A stretch of 64,000 nucleotides of DNA, from contig CAIVMQ010000006.1 in the NCBI GenBank assembly GCA_903907075.1, positions 1,808 through 65,807 on the forward strand. Reading direction: 5' to 3'. Position numbers and translations under genes: made by a program. The notes beneath the pieces are model-generated. The model did no database searches. It had not been told where the DNA came from and saw only the letters and a list, made by a program, of their open reading frames with translations. This DNA is from an uncultured Bacteroidia bacterium. Lineage in GTDB: Bacteria > Bacteroidota > Bacteroidia > Bacteroidales > Prolixibacteraceae. Positions 28,449 through 36,007 of this stretch are shown one piece after another (within the stretch, counting starts at the first letter, position 1; the number at the start of each line of letters is the position of its first letter).

Positions 28449-29564
28449 TAGATCACCATTCTTCTCTTTTGGCGTGAGTTGCTGAACGAGCTTAAATTCG
28501 GAGAGAAATTCTCCCGCAATTACCCTGATAACAGTGTATGCCGGAATAGCAAGAATCATCCCGGGTATCCCGGCAATTCCTCCGGCAATTAAGATTACAA
28601 AGAAGATTTCAAGTGCATGAGCCTTCACACTATGGGCATAAATAATTGTTTGAAATACCATGCTGTCGATAAACTGGACCACCATAACCACCACCACAAC
28701 ATAGCACATAAGGGGCAATGTTACATCTGTAAAACTTGAATTCAGATTATTGGCTACCGCCACAACAAGACCAAATATTGCAGCTATCCATGGGCCTATA
28801 TAGGGAATTACATTAAGTATCCCAGCAAATACGCCAACCACTACAGCATGTCCAAAGCCTAGCCCAGCAATAGAAAAGCCCAATATTGATAAAGTCATTA
28901 CCCCGAGGATTTGTAATACAATTCCAATAAGGTATCTTTTTAGTAAGGTGCCAATTTTCTCCATCACATTGACAACTTGCTTCTCGTATTTTTCCGGAGC
29001 TAAAACAAGTATCCAATTGCTAAATAACTCTTCCTCCTGAAGGAAGAAAAATAGGATAAATGAGACTGAAAAAAACATTAGAAAAATATTTCCGATCACG
29101 GCAGCTGCTGATCCAAATAAACGACTTGCCTGATCGATATTCAGCAACCCTTTTAATTGAATTGCCAGATAGGATTCCAGATTTCCGTCTTGGGGAATGG
29201 ATGTTGTAAATTGAGGAAAACTAATCTTTAACTGAATCATCGCAGCATTCAAATAGGTGATTACATCTTGGATATTAATCGACGAAAGTTGAGCCACCTC
29301 AGATACCACCAGCGGTATTAAGATGCCAAAGAATGCGATTAAGGCTATCCAAAGAGTTAGTAAGGTCAGTAATGCAGCTCCCGATCTTCCAAAATGGTAT
29401 TTCCAGATTCTGATTTGTAGATATTTCCGAACAACAGGGCGTCCTATCAGTGACAGAACAGCGGCAATTAAGATATAAGTTATAATATAGCTGAAATAAT
29501 AGACCAATAATCCAAAGAGTACGAAGGCCAAAGCTACAATAATATTTTTAACCTGCTGATTCAT
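28437..29564 (-). CDS. AI-2E family transporter (PerM-like)
   Basis: Polytopic membrane protein. Start moved to MNQQVKN (CAT 29562-29564) because a minus-strand -7 box lies at 29596-29603. Confidence 0.75.
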   Translation of the reverse strand: MNQQVKNIIVALAFVLFGLLVYYFSYIITYILIAAVLSLIGRPVVRKYLQIRIWKYHFGRSGAALLTLLTLWIALIAFFGILIPLVVSEVAQLSSINIQDVITYLNAAMIQLKISFPQFTTSIPQDGNLESYLAIQLKGLLNIDQASRLFGSAAAVIGNIFLMFFSVSFILFFFLQEEELFSNWILVLAPEKYEKQVVNVMEKIGTLLKRYLIGIVLQILGVMTLSILGFSIAGLGFGHAVVVGVFAGILNVIPYIGPWIAAIFGLVVAVANNLNSSFTDVTLPLMCYVVVVVMVVQFIDSMVFQTIIYAHSVKAHALEIFFVILIAGGIAGIPGMILAIPAYTVIRVIAGEFLSEFKLVQQLTPKEKNGDLSKS

Positions 29565-29595
29565 AAGTCCAAGATTTAGTATGATCAAACTTACA

Positions 29596-29603
29596 CTTTT
29601 TTT
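29596..29603 (-). promoter_or_regulatory. -7 box TAAGTTTG (minus strand) for the AI-2E transporter gene
   Basis: Plus-strand caaactta is the reverse complement of TAAGTTTG. It ends 31 nt upstream of the proposed ATG. Confidence 0.5.
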
Positions 29604-29636
29604 TGGATAAAGTCTATTCACGTATTACGATCTTGT

Positions 29637-29644
29637 TAAATTTG
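29637..29644 (+). promoter_or_regulatory. -7 box TAAATTTG for tex, only 5 nt before the ATG
   Basis: GTTAAATTTGCACCTATG. The box-to-start distance implies a leaderless or near-leaderless mRNA. Confidence 0.55.
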
Positions 29645-29649
29645 CACCT

Positions 29650-31782
29650 ATGACAATTGAAAAAAATCATCAGCTTATTGCCGATAAACTAGGGATTAAT
29701 ATCAGGCAAATCGTCAATACCGTTTCATTACTTGATGAAGGGGCCACGGTCCCTTTTATTTCCCGTTACCGTAAGGAGATGACAGGTAGCCTCGATGAAG
29801 TGGCAATTGGAAATATTCAGGCTGCAAAGGAGCAGTTTGAGGAGCTTGATAAACGTAAGATAACGATATTAAAAACTATTGGGGAACAAGAGTTGCTCAC
29901 TCCGGAGTTACAAGCCAAGATTGAACGGTGCTATGATATCAATGAATTGGAGGATATTTATCTCCCCTTCAAACCCAAGCGGCGCACACGAGCTACGGTA
30001 GCGCGTGAGAAAGGGCTTGAGCCATTGGCGCGGATGATTATTAAACAATACGAACCCGATCCTCAGATACGGGCACTTCAGTTTTTAAATGATTCTGTTG
30101 CAGATGCCGAAGAGGCGCTGGCCGGGGCACGTGATATTATTGCAGAATGGATAAATGAAGATCTGAGCGCCCGTAATATCGTTCGGAATATTTTTACACG
30201 CGATGCTGTAATCTCATCGCATGTGGTGAAAGGGAAAGAGGAAGAGGGGATTAAGTTCCGCGACTATTTCGATTGTTATGAACCGTTAAAACGGTGCCCT
30301 TCTCATCGTTTACTGGCAATGCGTCGAGGGGAGAAGGAGGGATTTCTAAAGCTTGGTGTGGCTCCCGATGAGGAGAAAGCCTGCGCCGCTTTAAATAATT
30401 ATTTTGTGAAAAGTCCCAAAGAGAGTGGTGTTCAGGTTGCTCTTGCTGTAAAGGATAGTTATAAACGATTACTTGCTCCTTCAATAGAGACGGAATTTTT
30501 CGGAGTCTCCAAGGATCAGGCCGATGCAGAGTCAATACGTGTTTTTGCTGAAAATTTGCGCCAACTTTTACTGGCAGCTCCACTTGGACAAAAACGTGTT
30601 TTGGCTCTCGATCCCGGATATAAGAGTGGTTGTAAGTTAGTGTGCCTCGATGCGCAGGGAAACCTTATCCATAATGAGACGATCTATCCGCATCAACCTC
30701 AATCGGAGGTAAGCCAGGCAATTCGGAAAGTTTCTGCACTGGTGAATACCTACAAGATTGATGCAATTGCCATCGGTGATGGAACAGCAAGCCGCGAGAC
30801 TGAAGCATTTATAAAGAAAATCACTTTCGACCGCCCGATACAAGTCTTTGTTGTAAGCGAAGATGGAGCCTCCATTTATTCTGCTTCGAAAGTTGCGCGC
30901 GATGAGTTTCCTCAATACGATGTAACTGTGAGAGGCTCGGTATCTATTGGCCGCCGATTAATGGATCCATTGGCCGAGCTGGTTAAGATCGAAGCAAAAT
31001 CTATTGGAGTAGGGCAATATCAGCATGATGTGGACCAAAAACAACTCCAAAAAGGGCTCGATGCCGTGGTTGAGTCGTGTGTTAATCTGGTGGGAGTGAA
31101 TGTGAACACCGCAAGTAGTCATCTGCTTAATTTTGTTTCTGGATTGGGACCTTTATTGGCACAAAATATTGTTGATTATCGCAAAGAGAATGGTCCGTTT
31201 CAGTCGAGATCAGAATTAAAAAAAGTGGCTCGGATGGGTCCTAAAGCATTTGAACAATGCGCAGGTTTCCTAAGAATTCCAGGAGGGGATAATCCACTCG
31301 ATAATTCGGCTGTTCATCCGGAAAGGTATGGACTGGTGGGTAAAATTGCTGCAGACCGTAAATGTAAGGTCGAAGAACTTATCGGACGTGATAACCTACG
31401 TTCCGAAGTGATAGCTGAAAAATATGTGAATGCTCAGGTTGGACTTCCTACAATCAATGATATCCTAACAGAGCTCGCTAAACCAGGCCTCGATCCACGT
31501 TCAGGAATAAAAGTTTTCGAGTTCGCCGATGGCATCTTTACCATGAAGGATCTGCATATTGGCATGGTCTTACCCGGGATTGTCACCAATATAACCCGTT
31601 TTGGAGCCTTTGTTGATGTGGGTGTGAAACAGGATGGTCTGGTACATATCAGTGAGCTAGCCAATAAATATATCAGCGATCCTGCTGAAGTAGTTAAGTT
31701 ACACCAGCATGTAAAAGTGAAGGTTCTAGAGGTCGATATGGAACGTAAACGAATTGCCTTTTCGATGAAACAGGCGGAGTAA
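29650..31782 (+). CDS. tex: Tex-like transcription accessory protein (S1 RNA-binding domain)
   Basis: 710 aa. N-terminal ATVPFISRYRKE, a YqgF/HhH middle, and a C-terminal S1 domain (GIVTNITRFGAFVDVG). Confidence 0.9.
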   Translation: MTIEKNHQLIADKLGINIRQIVNTVSLLDEGATVPFISRYRKEMTGSLDEVAIGNIQAAKEQFEELDKRKITILKTIGEQELLTPELQAKIERCYDINELEDIYLPFKPKRRTRATVAREKGLEPLARMIIKQYEPDPQIRALQFLNDSVADAEEALAGARDIIAEWINEDLSARNIVRNIFTRDAVISSHVVKGKEEEGIKFRDYFDCYEPLKRCPSHRLLAMRRGEKEGFLKLGVAPDEEKACAALNNYFVKSPKESGVQVALAVKDSYKRLLAPSIETEFFGVSKDQADAESIRVFAENLRQLLLAAPLGQKRVLALDPGYKSGCKLVCLDAQGNLIHNETIYPHQPQSEVSQAIRKVSALVNTYKIDAIAIGDGTASRETEAFIKKITFDRPIQVFVVSEDGASIYSASKVARDEFPQYDVTVRGSVSIGRRLMDPLAELVKIEAKSIGVGQYQHDVDQKQLQKGLDAVVESCVNLVGVNVNTASSHLLNFVSGLGPLLAQNIVDYRKENGPFQSRSELKKVARMGPKAFEQCAGFLRIPGGDNPLDNSAVHPERYGLVGKIAADRKCKVEELIGRDNLRSEVIAEKYVNAQVGLPTINDILTELAKPGLDPRSGIKVFEFADGIFTMKDLHIGMVLPGIVTNITRFGAFVDVGVKQDGLVHISELANKYISDPAEVVKLHQHVKVKVLEVDMERKRIAFSMKQAE

Positions 31783-31822
31783 GGGCCGAATTAAAATCTT
31801 TTCCTAAATTGATATTATTTGC

Positions 31823-31860
31823 AGGAAACCATTAAGTTTTTAAAATCAAAATGGTTTCCT
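31823..31860. terminator. Hairpin between convergent tex and ssb
   Basis: aggaaaccatt (31823-31833) pairs with aatggtttcct (31850-31860). The stem is 11 bp and the flanking T tracts are weak. Confidence 0.5.
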
Positions 31861-31885
31861 AAAATTGAATGTCTCTAATACTAGT

Positions 31886-32230
31886 TTAGTGGACCTCTTT
31901 TTTATCGAGAAGCATAATGTCGCTGATTACAATCTCAGTAATAAAATGTGTCTCTTTGTTTTTATCTTCGTAGGAATGATTTGTCAGTTTACCTTCAATG
32001 GCCACTTCACTCCCTTTTTTAAGATATTTCTCAGCTAATTCTGCCTGTTTTCCCCAGGCTACTAATTTATGCCAGGTGGTCTCTTTCTTTTTGTTCCCAT
32101 CATGATCCTGGAAACTTTCATTTGTGGCAAGGCTAAAATTAGCAACCGATTTTTCACCATCAAACTTCTTGATTTTGGGGTCATCACCAAGATGACCAAT
32201 AAGTCTAACACTGTTCCTTAACGTATTCAT
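31886..32230 (-). CDS. ssb: Single-stranded DNA-binding protein, short form without an acidic C-terminal tail
   Basis: OB-fold pattern (VRLIGHLGDDP...FSLATNE...TWHKLVAWGKQAE...KGSEVAIEGKL). 114 aa, ending DKKEVH. Confidence 0.8.
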   Translation of the reverse strand: MNTLRNSVRLIGHLGDDPKIKKFDGEKSVANFSLATNESFQDHDGNKKKETTWHKLVAWGKQAELAEKYLKKGSEVAIEGKLTNHSYEDKNKETHFITEIVISDIMLLDKKEVH

Positions 32231-32268
32231 AATTTTAATCTTAAAAATGAATAAAAAAATCTATCAGA

Positions 32269-32276
32269 TAAAGTTA
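32269..32276 (-). promoter_or_regulatory. -7-like box TAACTTTA (minus strand) for ssb
   Basis: Plus-strand taaagtta. One mismatch to TAnnTTTG. Ends 38 nt upstream of the ssb ATG and lies exactly 18 nt downstream of array copy C. Confidence 0.5.
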
Positions 32277-32294
32277 AATCTAGGAACTTGGCAT

Positions 32295-32354
32295 ATTCGT
32301 GTATTATACGGATAGTTTCGAATAGAGTCGTTAATACTCGATTCTAATCGGATA
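32295..32354 (-). repeat. Phased CG-decamer array, copy C (upstream of ssb)
   Basis: The minus strand reads tatccgattagaatcgagtattaacgactctattcgaaactatccgtataatacacgaat. On the plus strand CGs start at 32298, 32309, 32319, 32329, 32339 and 32349. Confidence 0.7.
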
Positions 32355-32474
32355 TATACGCTTATGATTCATACTCACAATGCACAGCGAAAGTTTTGGG
32401 TTTCTATTTTATCCTATGGATTTGGAATCGATGGTTCGTGAGGTTCGCATCGTTGATCCTATCAACGATCTTTG

Positions 32475-32511
32475 GTAAAAAAGAAAGCCCACTCTTTTAG
32501 GGTGGGCTTTC
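32475..32511 (-). terminator. Intrinsic terminator of the zinc-ribbon gene
   Basis: gaaagcccac (32483-32492) pairs with gtgggctttc (32502-32511), followed by a T run on the minus strand. Confidence 0.8.
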
Positions 32512-32538
32512 TGCTATGATTAAATGTCTAACCAAAGA

Positions 32539-33327
32539 TTAGATTGGTTGATCCGTATCTTCTATTGGTGTTGCAATATCTTTGTCAACTAATATTCGAC
32601 CACAATATTCGCAAACAATAATTTTCTTTCTTGAGGCGATATCCAACTGACGTTGAGGTGGTATTTTATTAAAACATCCACCGCAAGCATCACGCTGAAC
32701 TGTTACGACGGAGAGACCGTTGCGGGCATTTTTCCGGATACGGTTAAATGCCATAACTAAGCGCTCCTCAATCATCCCTTCAATTTTAATTACTTTGCTT
32801 TTAAGTTTCTCCTCTTCAACGGCTGTTTCTGCAGTGATCTCTTGAAGCTCTTTTTTCTTTCTGATCAGATCTTCTTCACGCTCTTTAAATAGTTTTTCAG
32901 ATGATTCACTAGCTTCTGTTTTACTTTTGATATCGATGGTGAATTCTCTGATTTTTTTCTCAGCAAGTTCTATCTCAAGACTTTGGAATTCAATCTCTTT
33001 AGATAAAGAGTCGAACTCCCGGTTGTTCCGAACGTTCTCTTGCTGCTCCTTATATTTGTCTATCTTACTCTTGGAATCTTTCATTTCAGTTTTCTTCGTT
33101 CCAATGATAAAATTCAGATTTTTTAATTCCTCATTTAAATTGGAAAGACGAGTCTTAAGTCCGACTATCTCGTCTTCAAGATCCTGAACCTCAAGCGGTA
33201 ATTCTCCACGTAAGATATTAATTTTATCAATCTCCGATGCAACTGTTTGAAGTTCATAGAGCATTTTAAGTTTCTCCTGGATAGAAACCTCTTTCCCTTC
33301 GGTTGTTTTAGTCGTATTTACTGGCAT
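32539..33327 (-). CDS. Coiled-coil protein with a C-terminal C4 zinc ribbon (COG1579-like)
   Basis: Long heptad-rich region followed by CGGC...CEYCG. Confidence 0.7.
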   Translation of the reverse strand: MPVNTTKTTEGKEVSIQEKLKMLYELQTVASEIDKINILRGELPLEVQDLEDEIVGLKTRLSNLNEELKNLNFIIGTKKTEMKDSKSKIDKYKEQQENVRNNREFDSLSKEIEFQSLEIELAEKKIREFTIDIKSKTEASESSEKLFKEREEDLIRKKKELQEITAETAVEEEKLKSKVIKIEGMIEERLVMAFNRIRKNARNGLSVVTVQRDACGGCFNKIPPQRQLDIASRKKIIVCEYCGRILVDKDIATPIEDTDQPI

Positions 33328-33348
33328 AATCTGAAATTTACAATTTTG

Positions 33349-34452
33349 TTATTGCTCACAAAGATACAATACAGGGTTTGTTTTTACTTCCGATAAACGG
33401 AGTGCAAAGTTAGGAAATTTTTTTATAAGTATTTCATAAAAAAGCTCCTTGGTAAATTGTTCACTCTCGTAATGTCCGATATCTGCAATTACGATCTTTT
33501 CTTCAGCATCAAAAAAGTCATGATACTTCATATCGGCAGTGATAAAGATATCGGCTTTGGCCGCTATTGCATGGGGGAGGAGGAAACTTCCTGAGCCTCC
33601 GCAAACAGCTACTTTTCTTATCGGTTTTCCAAGCAAGTATGTGTGCTTTATGCTTTTAGATCCAAATATCTGGATGATCCGCTGGAGGAAATCGATCTCT
33701 TGTTCAGCCCCGGCAAGCTCACCAATCATTCCGGAACCAACATCTTGCAGGGAATTTTCTAACGGATAAATATCGTATGAGACCTCCTCGTAAGGATGCG
33801 ACTCAAGCAATGCATCAATGGCGCTATTTTTTAAATATTTCGGAAGGATGATTTCAATCCTACTCTCTTTTTCAAAATGGATCTCCCCAATTTCTCCAAC
33901 AAAGGGATTTGAGTCTGCCCCTGCTAAAAAAGTGCCTATTCCTTCACCGGTAAAACTGCTATTGTTGTATTTGCCTATTGCTCCTGCCCCAATCGAAAAT
34001 AAGGACTCTCGTACCTTTTCAAGGTGACCTTCGGGAACAAATGTCACCAGTTTTACTAATTGCTCTTTTGCCGGGGAAAGAATAGCTAAATTGGTTAAGC
34101 CGATTTTCTCGCAGATCTTCGAGTTTACCCCTCCCTGAACACTATCCAGATTGGTGTGTGCCGCATAAATAGCGATGTCATTTTTTATCGCTTTTATGAT
34201 GCACCGTTCAACATATGTGTGGCCATTTATCCTCTTGATACCTTTAAATAGTATGGGATGATGGGCAATAATAAGCTTGCATCCAGTCTCTATTGCCTCG
34301 TCAATTACGGCTTCGGTGACGTCAAGAGTTAATAATGCAGATTCGATGATTGTCTCGGGGTGTCCTAGTATTAGCCCCGCATTATCATAGGCCTCCTGGT
34401 ATGATGGCGGTGCAACCGATTCCAAATAACTGATGATCTCCCGGATAGTCAT
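33349..34452 (-). CDS. Nif3-like dinuclear metal center protein
   Basis: YbgI/Nif3 signatures (LIIAHHP, YAAHTNLD, GHYESE) with an inserted PII-like middle domain. Start at MTIREI (CAT 34450-34452). Confidence 0.85.
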   Translation of the reverse strand: MTIREIISYLESVAPPSYQEAYDNAGLILGHPETIIESALLTLDVTEAVIDEAIETGCKLIIAHHPILFKGIKRINGHTYVERCIIKAIKNDIAIYAAHTNLDSVQGGVNSKICEKIGLTNLAILSPAKEQLVKLVTFVPEGHLEKVRESLFSIGAGAIGKYNNSSFTGEGIGTFLAGADSNPFVGEIGEIHFEKESRIEIILPKYLKNSAIDALLESHPYEEVSYDIYPLENSLQDVGSGMIGELAGAEQEIDFLQRIIQIFGSKSIKHTYLLGKPIRKVAVCGGSGSFLLPHAIAAKADIFITADMKYHDFFDAEEKIVIADIGHYESEQFTKELFYEILIKKFPNFALRLSEVKTNPVLYLCEQ

Positions 34453-34511
34453 AATAAAGTTAGTTAGGATCGAAGATTCTTGGGGTTTGAAATACAATGG
34501 TGCGACAGATA

Positions 34512-34850
34512 CTAGTGAAGCGATTCTTTTATTTCCAGAAGATACGACCTGATTTGTTGTAATTTTTGCACAATCTCATAGGTGCTCTCTGTCTCGTTCT
34601 TATTCTCCTTGATCTTTGTCCTGGCCCCTTTGAGGGTCATCCCACGTTCTTTAACCAAATGGTTGATTAATGCCAGATGGTTAATATCCTCCTGAGTATA
34701 AAACCGATCACCCTTTTTATTTTTAAAAGGTTTGATGGTGTCAAATTCTTTCTCCCAAAATCGTAATGTTGATGGAGCCAGACCAAATTTTGTGGCCACT
34801 TCACCGATGGAGTAGAAATGCTTTTCTGATTTAAGTTCCTTGAATGCCAC
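34512..34850 (-). CDS. MerR family transcriptional regulator
   Basis: N-terminal HTH YSIGEVATKFGLAPSTLRFWEKEF. Confidence 0.8.
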   Translation of the reverse strand: MAFKELKSEKHFYSIGEVATKFGLAPSTLRFWEKEFDTIKPFKNKKGDRFYTQEDINHLALINHLVKERGMTLKGARTKIKENKNETESTYEIVQKLQQIRSYLLEIKESLH

Positions 34851-34862
34851 GATAAATAGTTT

Positions 34863-35831
34863 TTAGTCGAAACTCTGTCCCATATTTGTTGAGATCGCAA
34901 TCATCTTCTCGTATTCCGCAGGGGTTAAATCCTGGAAATAATAGTTTTGAGGATTTACTTTCTGTCCATTTTTGCTTACTTCATAATGGAGGTGTGGAGC
35001 GGTGGATGTTCCGGTACTCCCCACGCGCCCAATTACATCTCCTCGGTTTATCCGTTGCCCTATCTGCACATTGATGCGGCTTAAATGGGCATAATAACTT
35101 TCGTAGCCATACCCATGATCAATAACCACGGTGTTGCCATATCCTGTTTCTCTGTCGGCAGCCTTAACCACCCCTGTTCCGGTAGCAAAAACTTCTGTCC
35201 CTATCGTGGCGGCAAAATCCATCCCATAATGAAACCGTAATATCTTATATATTGGATGGATTCGCATTCCCCAGCCGGAGGCCGTTCGCTTAAGATCAGT
35301 ATTAGAAACCGGCATAATGGATGGCATGCTTGCAATCATCTTCTCTTTACCTAAAGCCATTTTAGCAACTTCGTCATACGATTTAGCCTGTACAAAAACC
35401 CTTTTTGAAAGAATATCAAGCTTGCGCGTGGTATTGATGATCAACTCGGCATTGTCTAGCTCCTCTAACTTTGAGTAGCGGTTTGCTCCACCAAAACCGG
35501 CCATCCGAACAGAAGAGGGTATTGGCTCGGCTTCAAATATTACACGATAGATATTATCATCTCTGTTCTGAATATCTTCAAGTACCTTTGAGATCTTCTC
35601 AAAGTCCTTATTCATTAAATTATATTGAGAGAGCAACTGCTCATTCTGACGCTTTAAGATTTTGGTTTTCGGAGAGTCGAAAAATTGAAGAAAGATCAAG
35701 AAGAACAGCACTCCGGAAACAAGGCTGGTTGATAAATATGCGAGTAATTTGCGCACCAATGTTTTGATGTTCCTCTCGATTTTATCATAGCTTAAAGTAT
35801 CGGGATTGAATCTATAATTGGTTTTACCCAT
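34863..35831 (-). CDS. M23 family metallopeptidase with an N-terminal TM helix and coiled coil
   Basis: HxxxD (HYGMD) and HLHYEV motifs of LytM/M23. Confidence 0.85.
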   Translation of the reverse strand: MGKTNYRFNPDTLSYDKIERNIKTLVRKLLAYLSTSLVSGVLFFLIFLQFFDSPKTKILKRQNEQLLSQYNLMNKDFEKISKVLEDIQNRDDNIYRVIFEAEPIPSSVRMAGFGGANRYSKLEELDNAELIINTTRKLDILSKRVFVQAKSYDEVAKMALGKEKMIASMPSIMPVSNTDLKRTASGWGMRIHPIYKILRFHYGMDFAATIGTEVFATGTGVVKAADRETGYGNTVVIDHGYGYESYYAHLSRINVQIGQRINRGDVIGRVGSTGTSTAPHLHYEVSKNGQKVNPQNYYFQDLTPAEYEKMIAISTNMGQSFD

Positions 35832-35863
35832 AATCTTGATGCTTTTATTTTATTCTATATGGT

Positions 35864-35871
35864 CAAATATA
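35864..35871 (-). promoter_or_regulatory. -7 box TATATTTG (minus strand) for the M23-MerR-Nif3 gene string
   Basis: Plus-strand caaatata, 32 nt upstream of the M23 ATG. Confidence 0.5.
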
Positions 35872-36007
35872 GCGAAATAATCTAATTTTGCACTAATTCT
35901 ATAATAAAGGGCGTGCTAATGCGCTACAAATCTATGAAAATTATCCTTTACAGTGAGGTAATTTGGTTGTAAAGCTCAATTTTAAAGGTTTTTAACTAAT
36001 AAATTCT

